DNA from: an uncultured virus (IMG/VR IMGVR_UViG_3300030707_000002)
Lineage: Duplodnaviria; Heunggongvirae; Uroviricota; Caudoviricetes
Reading direction: 5' to 3' (one strand)
Virus record (IMG/VR): IMGVR_UViG_3300030707_000002
DNA: 64,000 nt
The position numbers and the translations under genes are program-made. The notes below the pieces were generated by a model that was not told where the DNA came from, did no database searches, and was given only the letters and a program-made list of their open reading frames with translations. Below are positions 37,969-47,124 of this stretch, in pieces; within the stretch, counting starts at the first letter, position 1; each line of letters opens with the position of its first letter.

Positions 37969-39285
37969 TCAGGCCGCGTGGGCTCGCATCATGCTCGGGT
38001 ACTTTTCCGAGCAGTACGACTTCCATCCGCCAGGCATCTCCCAGCCCTTGATCTTGATGCCGAGCTTGAGGATGCCGCCCTTGAAGATTTGGCGGCTGTC
38101 GTTGACGACCTGCGACGCGTAAAGCGCCGTCCCGTCGAGTGTCTGCTCCATCATCGGCAGGGCCAGCGTAGGCAGGAGAGCGAGCACGGCGGCCGAGCTG
38201 AGGCTGGTGCTGCCTCCAGAGGTGACGGCGGCCAGGTTGACGTCCGGAAGGACGTTGATCCCGAACGGCTCGTTGTCGATCGTGAGCGCCTCGATCATCT
38301 GCGCCTGGTGCACGGCGTCCTGCGCGATGAAGATCATCCCGATGGGGATTCCGCGCTCGAGAAAGCACGGGCTCTCGACCGGTCGGTACATCTGTCCGCG
38401 GCAGCCGTACCCCTGCCACCGCAGGCCTCCCCAGGTGACCGGCGCGAGGTCGAAGTCGCGCGTCGGGTGGAAGATGCCGATGTTGACGCCGGTCGATGCT
38501 CCCGACGGGGTGAAGCTGCCGACCCGCCGGAAGTTGACCGGCAGGAAGATCGTGTCGGAACCCTGCGCGCGGTACTGCGCGTTGACGAGCGCGACGTAGT
38601 CGATGACCGGTAGCTCGCTCGTGCCGCTCGCTTCGGCGTCAGCGAACGATCCGAAGTACGAGATGTCGGCCGCAAGCTCGTTGAGCACGAGCTCACGCTG
38701 CGACGTCTTCCACTGGAACTGGTAGGCGTTGATGAAGTTCCAGCCTGCGCGCCAGGTTGCCGCGCCGAACTCGAAAACCGCGGGGGTCACCTGATCGGGA
38801 CCAGTCACGTAGGACCCGAAGGCGCCGTTTGCGTAGTCGTTGGCCGTCCAGACGTCCGGGCTCGGAGGGGAGCCGGTGGCGAGCTGCTGGGTCGGGGCGA
38901 TGAACGCGTTGCCGATCGTGGAGAACGACATCGGCTCGCAGAAGACGTGCACGCCGATGCCCTGGGCGAGGATATCCGTCTGCAGGATACCGTTGATGAG
39001 GAACGTGCTGTCGATGCTCGCGACGCCGGGCACCGCGGACGACCCGCTGAGCGGGTTGACCGTGTCGCCGAACGTCGTCTGCGCCTGCTCCGCGGTCAGC
39101 GGCAAGGGGATCGTCCAGACCACCTCCTCGACGACGGGCACGTTGCCGAACCCGCATCGCAGGCACTTCTCTGCGGCCTTCTCGTCGCCGGGCGGAGCGC
39201 CCAGGCCGAACGGCACGCGCATCACCTTCTCGCGGCTCTCGCCGCCGTACTTGATCGACTTCTTCTGCAGCAGGTTCCTTGCCAT
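37969..39285 (-). CDS. candidate major capsid protein (jelly-roll type suspected)
   Basis: 438 aa, beta-rich, very high GC3; follows the core-like protein and precedes a hairpin; no HK97 features recognised. Confidence 0.5.
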   Translation of the reverse strand: MARNLLQKKSIKYGGESREKVMRVPFGLGAPPGDEKAAEKCLRCGFGNVPVVEEVVWTIPLPLTAEQAQTTFGDTVNPLSGSSAVPGVASIDSTFLINGILQTDILAQGIGVHVFCEPMSFSTIGNAFIAPTQQLATGSPPSPDVWTANDYANGAFGSYVTGPDQVTPAVFEFGAATWRAGWNFINAYQFQWKTSQRELVLNELAADISYFGSFADAEASGTSELPVIDYVALVNAQYRAQGSDTIFLPVNFRRVGSFTPSGASTGVNIGIFHPTRDFDLAPVTWGGLRWQGYGCRGQMYRPVESPCFLERGIPIGMIFIAQDAVHQAQMIEALTIDNEPFGINVLPDVNLAAVTSGGSTSLSSAAVLALLPTLALPMMEQTLDGTALYASQVVNDSRQIFKGGILKLGIKIKGWEMPGGWKSYCSEKYPSMMRAHAA

Positions 39286-39380
39286 GATCGCGCTCTCTTT
39301 CGATCCCCGCCGTTTCCCTGGTCCGCCGCGGGGGGTTGTGTGTGGCTAAAACGTTCTCTCGTGGTTGGTTTCTCTCGGCC

Positions 39381-42300
39381 TTACTCGGCCGCGTTCCAGA
39401 GCAGGTCTTGCTCGACTTCGTCCCCGATGAAGCCGAGGTACGGGCTGTCGTCCAGGCAACCGCACTCCGACTGCAGCGGTTGCGGTCCCGGATGCGGCAG
39501 CTTGGGGGGGCCGACGGGGAGGTTCCTGGGTGGGTTCCCGACGCCCGAGGTGCCTGCGTGCGGTGCGGCGGCGTGGGCCGCCGCCGCCGCCGGTGCGGCT
39601 GCCACGACGGCCGCTTGAACGGCAGGGTGGTCAGCCACGGGACCGTGTGCGTCCGCGGCGGCTTGCGCCCCTTCCTTGGCGATCTGATGCACGACCGGAG
39701 TGGGCGTGCCGGGCGGAGCGGCGGATGCGGCGGTCGCCGCTCCGGTTGCTGCAGCCTGGACGGCAGCGGCCACGGCAGGCTTCTTGGCGTCCGCATGCGG
39801 AGCAGCCGCCTCTTTTGCGGCGTGCGTGGCGGCGGCCTCCACGGCCGGCGTGGCTTTGCCGTGTGTGCGATCCCAGTCTTGGCGTTCTTGCGTGTGCCAT
39901 TCCGCTTCACCGCGTGTCCAGCTCGGGGGCGGTGGAGACGGCACGAACTCGATGACGGACAGAGGTGGTGCCGGTACGGGCGGAGTGGGCACCGCTGCGG
40001 TGGTCACCGGAACCCCCGTCTGCGCGTGCAGTTGCTGGATGTACGGACTCATGTTCTCGGCGCAGTAGCGTGCGAGCTCACTCCGGATGAGCGGCATCGC
40101 GCGTTCGATCGCCCGCGTGCAGTTGAACGGTTCGGCCGCTGCGTACGCGGTCGTGGTGACGGCGTTCTCGAGCGGTATGCCCGGGATCGAAGCTCCTGCA
40201 GCCTGCACGGCGTTCGAAAACACTTCGCCGAGTCCAGGCTGCCCTGGATTGCCGCCCGTTGCGGGCCCCCCGGCGCCGATCCCCATCACCTGCTGAACGG
40301 TCGGGTACCGGTCGTAGGCGATCTCTCGTTCGTAATTCGGGTGCCATTCGTGGCGCTCGCGCAAGTGCGCGGGCGTCGACGCCGGCAGATCGGGCGGTGG
40401 GGGAGCGTACGGCAATCCGGCGGACGCCCGCTTGCCATGCCACTCGCGCCACTCGCTCTCGGGCGCGTCGTGTTCGGGCGCCGGCAACCCTTCGGCTGCC
40501 CGCGCGCCGGTCCACTCTTCGTGCTCGCGCGGATACCTGGCGTGCGCGTGCATTCGGACCACGTGCGGATGCACGTGCCGCGCGCACTCGATGAGGAGCT
40601 CGCGACGCAGGTGCGGCAGCGCGCGCTGCAACGCCTGCGTGAGGTCGTGCGGTTCGGCCACCGCGTGCATCGCCGCGTTGACGGCGTGCGCCGGGTGCAC
40701 GCCGGTCTTCGCCGCGATGGTGTGCGCCATGTCCTGCACCGCGTCGCCGACGCCGCGCAGGCCCCAGCGGTGCCAATGACCCCAGCGGGGCGGCCATGCC
40801 GACTGAACGGGGGGAGCGGGTTGATCGTCGTCGTCGACAATCATCTCCGTCGGACCCGGATCGTTGTACCCCGGAACGCCAGGGATGGCGGGCGGCGTCC
40901 ACGAAGAGGGCGTGACCCACTCGCGGTGGCGGCCGAAGCGGTCGGCGAGCGCGAATGGGCCGGCGTCCTTTCCGACGCCGGTTTGCTCGGATCCGTCCGA
41001 GAGCGTGCCGGCCTTGCTGGCGGCGCCGCCGCTCGAGACAGCAGCGGTTCCGCTCTTCATGTTGAGGGCCGCCGAGACCTCGGCAGGGTACAGGCGCGCG
41101 ATCCAGCTCTTCTGCAGCGCCGGTGTGCTCGTGTCCTTGCCGATGAGCAGCGGCATCAGCACGCTCGACCAGAGCGTCGCGGCGAACTTGATTCCGGCTC
41201 CGACCCCCATCCCCTCGACCGACGATCGAATTGCAGCCTTCTTGATGAAGAGCGAGCCGATGAGCGGTCCGAAGGTCAGGACTCCTAGGCTGCCGTAGCG
41301 CCACAGGTCGGGCGCCGACGCGACGTTGAGCGCATTGGCGAGCGTACCGACCCCGTCCGAAGTGAACTTGTTCGCCGGCTTGTTCGCGGCCGATGGATCG
41401 TAGCCCGCGAGGAACCGATCGATGGCGTCCGCGGCCAGGAAGGCGGCGGCGGCGGTCCCCACTTCGAGGGCCATGTTGCCCGCCGTGCGGGCCATACTGC
41501 CGAAGCTCGGCGCGCGGACCTTGTGCGCGCGGTAGGATCGAACGACTTTCGTCTCGCGGGCGCGCCGATGCTTCGGACGGCGACGGGCCTGGACGACCTT
41601 CGTCTCGCGAGCATGACGACGCGGACGCCGACGCGCCTGAACGGTCGTCGTCTCTCGGGTGTACTTGCGCGGGCGCCGACGGGCCTGGACGACTTTCGTC
41701 TCACGAGCGCGCCGATGCTTCGGACGGCGACGGGCCTGCACGGTCATCGGCTCGTGGACACGACGACGCGGGCGCCGACGGGCCTGAACGGTCGTCGTCT
41801 CGCGAGCGTGCCGACGCGGGCGACGCCGCGACTCGGCGGCCTTCCTGGTCGTCTTGCCGCCCTTGCGCGTTCGCCACCCCTTCTTCGCAGCCTTGCTGTG
41901 GCCTGCGCTGTCGCCACGCCACGCCGACACCTTGCGGTGGTGGTGCGGACGACGTTTCGCCATCACGTAGCTCGACGGCCGCTTGCGGTGGGTCGATTTG
42001 CGATGGGTGGGCTTGCGGTGGGTGGGCTTGCGGTGCTTCGGACGGCGGCGCGCCTCGGCAACCACGGGAGTCTCCCGCATGCGGCGCGGACGGCGCCGCG
42101 ACTCGGTCGCGGTTCGTCTCACTTCTCGCGCATGGCGCGGACGCCGGCGCGCGGTGACGACGCTCGTTTTGGACTTCGGCGCCGCTCGGCGCTTCGGCGC
42201 GGTTCGGCGCTTCGGAGAGGCTCGATGGGCCGCCTTGGGCTTGGCCGCGGACTTGCGAGCAGGACGACGGGTCGTCTTCGTCTTCTTTTTCATGGTCTCC

Positions 42301-42767
42301 TCACGAGCGACTACTGCGCGAATGCCCTTGCCGAACGGAACCGTTCGTTTGACTGCGAACCCCTTCGGGTCTTGCTGCCGCAGGCGAACGTACCGGTCGG
42401 TAACGTCCACCTTGCCGGATTTGTAGCCGTGACTTTTGGCCCACTGCTTCGCTTTCTCGACGGTCCAACCGGCGCTGCGATCGAAAAGCAGCGACTGCGC
42501 CTGCATGGCCTTGCGCTTGGCTTCAACGAACGAGTCCGGATCCGGAGGAGGAGGGGGAGGGGGAGAGTAGGGCGGCGGAACGTACGTGCTTGGGATGACC
42601 GTGCCGATGCGGACCTCACGGCGGCCGGGCGGCGCCGGGCGGAGCGATTGCCGATAGGGAGGCCGGGAAGGTCGACGTCCTGCGCCAAGCCGTTGACCGC
42701 GTTCGTGCGCGGCGGAGAGCTCGGCGAGACGGGAGTGGTACACGCCCATGTCTTCAACGTTTTTCAA
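39381..42767 (-). CDS. large polyprotein-like core/membrane protein with protamine-like Arg-rich repeats
   Basis: (A)RET..VQARRRP repeats; central hydrophobic helices; repeated G-[VL]-G motifs; strong internal RBS GAGGAG before in-frame ATG 42293; true start uncertain. Confidence 0.65.
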   Translation of the reverse strand: MKNVEDMGVYHSRLAELSAAHERGQRLGAGRRPSRPPYRQSLRPAPPGRREVRIGTVIPSTYVPPPYSPPPPPPPDPDSFVEAKRKAMQAQSLLFDRSAGWTVEKAKQWAKSHGYKSGKVDVTDRYVRLRQQDPKGFAVKRTVPFGKGIRAVVAREETMKKKTKTTRRPARKSAAKPKAAHRASPKRRTAPKRRAAPKSKTSVVTARRRPRHAREVRRTATESRRRPRRMRETPVVAEARRRPKHRKPTHRKPTHRKSTHRKRPSSYVMAKRRPHHHRKVSAWRGDSAGHSKAAKKGWRTRKGGKTTRKAAESRRRPRRHARETTTVQARRRPRRRVHEPMTVQARRRPKHRRARETKVVQARRRPRKYTRETTTVQARRRPRRHARETKVVQARRRPKHRRARETKVVRSYRAHKVRAPSFGSMARTAGNMALEVGTAAAAFLAADAIDRFLAGYDPSAANKPANKFTSDGVGTLANALNVASAPDLWRYGSLGVLTFGPLIGSLFIKKAAIRSSVEGMGVGAGIKFAATLWSSVLMPLLIGKDTSTPALQKSWIARLYPAEVSAALNMKSGTAAVSSGGAASKAGTLSDGSEQTGVGKDAGPFALADRFGRHREWVTPSSWTPPAIPGVPGYNDPGPTEMIVDDDDQPAPPVQSAWPPRWGHWHRWGLRGVGDAVQDMAHTIAAKTGVHPAHAVNAAMHAVAEPHDLTQALQRALPHLRRELLIECARHVHPHVVRMHAHARYPREHEEWTGARAAEGLPAPEHDAPESEWREWHGKRASAGLPYAPPPPDLPASTPAHLRERHEWHPNYEREIAYDRYPTVQQVMGIGAGGPATGGNPGQPGLGEVFSNAVQAAGASIPGIPLENAVTTTAYAAAEPFNCTRAIERAMPLIRSELARYCAENMSPYIQQLHAQTGVPVTTAAVPTPPVPAPPLSVIEFVPSPPPPSWTRGEAEWHTQERQDWDRTHGKATPAVEAAATHAAKEAAAPHADAKKPAVAAAVQAAATGAATAASAAPPGTPTPVVHQIAKEGAQAAADAHGPVADHPAVQAAVVAAAPAAAAAHAAAPHAGTSGVGNPPRNLPVGPPKLPHPGPQPLQSECGCLDDSPYLGFIGDEVEQDLLWNAAE

Positions 42768-43217
42768 GATTCACAATGCGCTCTTGCAGCGTCAACAAGT
42801 GATTTCTGGCACGCGTGATTCGGACTCCAATCCGCGTGTGCGCACCGGGGGAGCCGAGGGGGAGTTGGCCGATCGGGAGGGCGTGCCGGCGATTGAACTA
42901 AACCCGCATCAAGTCAATGACTTGCGCTGCGCGCCCGAGCGCGACGAACGAACCGTATTGCACGTCGAGAACAGTGCGCCGTTCGGCTCATCCGATTTCG
43001 ATCACGCACCCGATCCGCATCTCGTAAACGGCATACTCAGGTATGTCTCGGGTATTCCCTATTTGGATGAGAGACATCGCCGGTTGCATGGTGCTCTCGA
43101 TGCAACGGCGTTGCATGCTGCATCCGATGCAACGGTTGCATCGGGGTTGCATTCGCGCACGCGCGCCCGATGCTTCTCCATGCAGCGGCGCCACGCGCCA
43201 GCGTGCAATCCGAGAAC

Positions 43218-43892
43218 TTACCGGATCGACGGGTAGAGCAGATCGAGCACGCTCGCCAGCCCACGGACGCTTCCGCTGACACCGACCTCGCTGCCGCCCG
43301 ACATCCCGACGAAGTCTCCTTCGCCGCGGTTCTTCGCTTCCGCGCCCGGCTCGAACCACCACTCGCGCTTGTGCGGCGCGACGCGACCGACCGGATGCTT
43401 CGTAGTGCCGTCCATGCGGACCCAGTCGTCCTGCTCGTCCTGGAAGGCCATGAAGACGTGCGTCGGCACGTCGTGCGGGTGCTTGTGCGACGAGCCGATG
43501 ATCATCGCGGGGATGCCGATCGACATCATCGCGGCGGCGAGCGAGATGCTTGCACCGTCGCAGTCCGTGCCGATGAAGCAAAGACCTCCCTCGTCCAAGC
43601 AGAGCGTCTGTTCCGGAGTTTCCATGAACTCGCCAAGAACTGGGTCAGCAACATACGGCACCTTCTTGCGGAACGCGTCGAGAACTGCTTGCCCCTTCTG
43701 CCGGCGCGACCCCGTCGATACGCCCACCTCGGCGAGTTTCTGCGTTGTCCACGCGCGCAGGCGCGGAGACATACGACTCTTCCACGCGCGCTCGGCAACC
43801 TCCTTGAGTGAGAGAAGCGACCCATCACGACCGGCTGGGTGCGAACGTACGTCCGTCTTCACACCTTCTACGGGCTTGTCGATGATGATCAT
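43218..43892 (-). CDS. transglutaminase-like cysteine protease
   Basis: YVADP...TPEQTL; DCD (Cys), THVF (His), WVRMDGT (Asp). Confidence 0.85.
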   Translation of the reverse strand: MIIIDKPVEGVKTDVRSHPAGRDGSLLSLKEVAERAWKSRMSPRLRAWTTQKLAEVGVSTGSRRQKGQAVLDAFRKKVPYVADPVLGEFMETPEQTLCLDEGGLCFIGTDCDGASISLAAAMMSIGIPAMIIGSSHKHPHDVPTHVFMAFQDEQDDWVRMDGTTKHPVGRVAPHKREWWFEPGAEAKNRGEGDFVGMSGGSEVGVSGSVRGLASVLDLLYPSIR

Positions 43893-45088
43893 TGGCAAGC
43901 TCCAAGAGTGGCCATAAACTCCGGCCCTACCGTTGTAACGGCTTCGGTCAACGACGCCATAAACTCCGGCCCTACCGTTGTAACGGCTTCGGTCAACGAC
44001 CCCGCGCGCAAGCCGCGCGCCAAAACGTTCCGCGCAGCGTTCTCATCTCGATGGAGAATGAGTCCGCATTGCGGGCATCGGTGCTCACGTTGCGACAAGT
44101 CCTTCGGGACTGGTTCACCGCAGCCTGAGCAGTCGATACTGCTACGCCGCGGATCCGTCGCCACCACCCACTTGCCGGCACCCTCCGCCTTGCAGTTGAG
44201 TGCTTTGATGGCGACGCCCCACGCGGCGTCACGAATGGATTTTGATAAATGTCCGCGCATCATGCGGGCGATTTCTAGATTCTCGTGCGCTACGAGGTCG
44301 AACCGGTTGAAGATCGCACACGCGAACTTGCGGGCAAAATCCAGACGCTGATTGCGAATGTGCTCGTAGGTACGAGCAACCAGTGTACGAGCTTGACGTC
44401 GACTGTTCGATCCACGTTGCTTGCGAGCGAGCAACTGCTGGCGCCGCGCTAGCGTCTTCTCCGACGCGCGGAAGAAGCGCGGATTTTCGACACGCTCACC
44501 GTTAGAGAGCGTAGCGAACGCTTCCAGGCCGACATCAATGCCGATAGCCGATCGGACCGCGATTTTCGTTGGCGCTTCGCCGAGGTCGCAGACGAACGAT
44601 ACGTACCAGCCGCGCGTACTGCTGCGACCCACCGTGACCTGCTTCATCCGGCCACGCATCTCGCGGTACTGGTGAAACTTCACCAGGCCTAGTTTTGGTA
44701 AGCGTACATGGTCGCCTTCAGCGCGCACCCCGAAAAGCGGAGGCAGAGTAAATGAGTCATAACGGTCGCGCGACCGAAAGCGCGGGTATCCTTTTTTTTC
44801 ACCGCGCTTTACGTGTCGGAAGAACGCCAGAAACGCTCGGTCAAGACGTCGTAGTGCACTGCGCTGAACCAAGAGTGGGATCATCTCCCATTCTGGATCC
44901 GTGGCCCGAAGTTCAGTTAGTTCCTTCTGCTGATCGAAGCGACTGATTCGCACATGCTGTTTGCTCCACGCATCTCGTCGTTCTTGCAGAGCAGCGTTGT
45001 AAAGTGTGCAACTCGCCGTAAGCCATGCTTCAAGCGTCGCTTCCTGCGCTTTCGTTGGACGAAGTGGGTAACGAAATGCCCGGATCAT
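43889..45088 (-). CDS. tnpB: TnpB RNA-guided endonuclease (IS200/IS605/IS607 type)
   Basis: AFRYPLRPT N-terminus; RuvC GIDVG, HENL and RDENAA intact; CSGC/CPQC zinc finger. Confidence 0.92.
   Translation of the reverse strand: MIRAFRYPLRPTKAQEATLEAWLTASCTLYNAALQERRDAWSKQHVRISRFDQQKELTELRATDPEWEMIPLLVQRSALRRLDRAFLAFFRHVKRGEKKGYPRFRSRDRYDSFTLPPLFGVRAEGDHVRLPKLGLVKFHQYREMRGRMKQVTVGRSSTRGWYVSFVCDLGEAPTKIAVRSAIGIDVGLEAFATLSNGERVENPRFFRASEKTLARRQQLLARKQRGSNSRRQARTLVARTYEHIRNQRLDFARKFACAIFNRFDLVAHENLEIARMMRGHLSKSIRDAAWGVAIKALNCKAEGAGKWVVATDPRRSSIDCSGCGEPVPKDLSQREHRCPQCGLILHRDENAARNVLARGLRAGSLTEAVTTVGPEFMASLTEAVTTVGPEFMATLGACQ
43911..44000. repeat. perfect 45 bp tandem duplication at the 3' end of tnpB
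   Basis: GCCATAAACTCCGGCCCTACCGTTGTAACGGCTTCGGTCAACGAC twice. Confidence 0.95.
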
Positions 45089-46173
45089 GCGGGCTCCGGC
45101 GCGAAACTCGATCGGCGTGCGGGCTTGCTCGGTCTCGTCGCCACGTACGCGACACCGCCTACGGCCACCACTCCGAGCACCGTGGCTGCAGCAATCGTCC
45201 AAGAGGACCAGCCGCCGCTCTCATCGCTCGGCGGCGTGATCGCTTCCTGCTTCGGCGACGGGATCGGTGGGGGTGGTTTCGGTGCGGGCATCGGGCGTTG
45301 ACCCGCACCGCACGCCGACGGGGCCTGGCCGACCACCTGCGCGAGCGCCACCGTCGTGGCCACTTCGTAGGTGCCCGTACCGACGGGGACCTTCGGAGAC
45401 TGCGAAGCGTTCCACGCCAACTTGAAGCGGTGCACCGCGGCATTGACCGGAGTCCCGGGATGGGTGACCGAAGTGCAATAATTCGGGTCGGCCGAGAGGG
45501 CGGCCACCGCGGCTTTCGCGGCCGCTTGCAAACTGCTCGGCACAGGAGACGCAGACGGGGCATGCGCCTGGATCGCCAGGTGCGCGTTGCCGAGTGCGGT
45601 CGAGAGGGCGTTCTGGATGTCGAGTCGCGCGCGGGTGACGGTGGCTCTGTCGTTCGCTGCGACGGCGGCTGCGAGGTCGCGATTGCGTTGCCAGGCCCAC
45701 TGCGTCGCGTCCTGGACGGCCTTCGCCTTGGCGGCGGCATCCGCCGACGTCGAACCGACTGCTTCCTTCACCGCTGCGTCGATCTTCGCGCCCGCGTCGC
45801 CCACGGCTTGAGTGAACGCGGTGTCACCGAGCGCCGCGAGCTGGGCGACCGCGGGCACGGCCACGTCGAGCTCGGGGGATCCGTCGAGCATACCACTGAG
45901 CGACCCCCGCGTGACTCCGTCGTGGTGGGGGAGGATCTTGTAGTAGGTCGGCGGCAGGCTCTCGCGAGCCGGGTGGAACCACTCGTCGGGCAACAGCAAA
46001 GTCTCGCCGACGCGGAGCTCTTTGAAAGTGACGTAACCGTTTGGATGAACAATCGTTGGCTTGTGGACGTTCACGCGTCCAAGCTCGATCGAGCACTTCG
46101 GGCACCCGGCCATAAAATCCTTCGCCGCGATGCTCGCCGGTGAGTCGCCATGTTGTACGACGTACGTCCTCAC
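45085..46173 (-). CDS. LysM-domain membrane protein
   Basis: TYVVQHGDSPASIA...N...LRVGETLLLP; PG-binding-like VHRFKLAWN...GTYEVATTVAL; C-terminal TM. Confidence 0.8.
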   Translation of the reverse strand: MRTYVVQHGDSPASIAAKDFMAGCPKCSIELGRVNVHKPTIVHPNGYVTFKELRVGETLLLPDEWFHPARESLPPTYYKILPHHDGVTRGSLSGMLDGSPELDVAVPAVAQLAALGDTAFTQAVGDAGAKIDAAVKEAVGSTSADAAAKAKAVQDATQWAWQRNRDLAAAVAANDRATVTRARLDIQNALSTALGNAHLAIQAHAPSASPVPSSLQAAAKAAVAALSADPNYCTSVTHPGTPVNAAVHRFKLAWNASQSPKVPVGTGTYEVATTVALAQVVGQAPSACGAGQRPMPAPKPPPPIPSPKQEAITPPSDESGGWSSWTIAAATVLGVVAVGGVAYVATRPSKPARRSSFAPEPA

Positions 46174-46279
46174 AGCTCGTAGCCTACGCGCGACCCATCG
46201 GAGCGTCTAGCCTTCGTCCATCCTGCGCTCGTCGCGCCCTCGCTGCGTACGGCGGACGACGGTGGTTCATGGGAAGGAG

Positions 46280-46459
46280 CTACTCCGGCTTCGGTTGCAG
46301 CGCCACCGGGTCGCCGACCATCTTGATGCCCTCGGCCACGATCGCCGTCTTCGCCATCGGATCCTTGAGGAGCTTCTCGAGCCTCTTTGCCCAGTCGACC
46401 GCCTGCTGCGAGCCAGTCGCGTCGACGGAGACCTTCATAAAGATCGTGAACCGCATCAC
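46280..46459 (-). CDS. small hypothetical protein
   Basis: GTG/ATG overlapping upstream stop; 59 aa. Confidence 0.5.
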   Translation of the reverse strand: MMRFTIFMKVSVDATGSQQAVDWAKRLEKLLKDPMAKTAIVAEGIKMVGDPVALQPKPE

Positions 46460-47124
46460 GCCCCCTCGTTGGGAGGTGGCGATCCACCCATCCCAGGCCC
46501 TGGCGTGCGAATCGGCGGCGGTGTGACGATCGGCGGCTGCTCTCTCTCGTGACAGAGCGTGTGCCCGCAGTACCGGCAGACGGTGCGCTGCAACCCATTG
46601 AACGTCGCGCACTGGCAGCAACCGACCCCCTCCTCGGTCTGCCGAGTCCCCTCGATGGGGAAGCATCGCTCGATTCCATTGGTGCCACCGGAGCGGATGC
46701 CCTGCACGTTGCCTGGACTGGCCGGACCGTTCGCGCCAGGAGTCCCGTACGGCACTGCCCCAGGCCCGTAGGGACCTGGGGGTGCCCCAGGCCCGTAGGG
46801 ACCTGGGGGTGCCCCAGGCCCGTAGGGACCTGGGGGTGGGTACCCAAACCCAATGGGTGCCATCCCCGGACCGAATCCCGGTCCGTACCCAGGCGGGTGC
46901 GTGGGAACCGGACCGCGCTTGCGTTGCTGCTGCTGCTGCATCACCACCCGGCTGCCAGCCTGCATGCCTTGCTGGAACAGGTTCATCGCGAACGCGGCGG
47001 CCTGCGGGTCGGTAAGCGCGCCCTCCATGCTACGCCACGCGGCACCGAGTACTTTCAGGAGCACGTCGGCCGCGTACTCCTTCAGCTCGTCGTCGGTCAC
47101 CTCCATATTTACGCTGAACTTCAC
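46456..47124 (-). CDS. Pro/Gly-rich protein with C-terminal RanBP2-like zinc finger
   Basis: 27 bp repeats encoding PPGPYGPGA; CCQCATFN...CRYCG; GTGA-coupled. Confidence 0.65.
   Translation of the reverse strand: MKFSVNMEVTDDELKEYAADVLLKVLGAAWRSMEGALTDPQAAAFAMNLFQQGMQAGSRVVMQQQQQRKRGPVPTHPPGYGPGFGPGMAPIGFGYPPPGPYGPGAPPGPYGPGAPPGPYGPGAVPYGTPGANGPASPGNVQGIRSGGTNGIERCFPIEGTRQTEEGVGCCQCATFNGLQRTVCRYCGHTLCHEREQPPIVTPPPIRTPGPGMGGSPPPNEGA

Noticed and set aside
39336..41288. 650 aa plus-strand ORF and similar long Arg-rich alternative-frame ORFs across the window
   Set aside because: GC-rich shadow frames opposite better-supported genes.
43911..44000. CRISPR array next to TnpB (Cas12-like system)
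   Set aside because: Only two directly abutting copies with no spacer; no cas1 or cas2.
46755..46837. 27 bp tandem repeat as a CRISPR or regulatory repeat
   Set aside because: In-frame coding repeat (PPGPYGPGA) without spacers.
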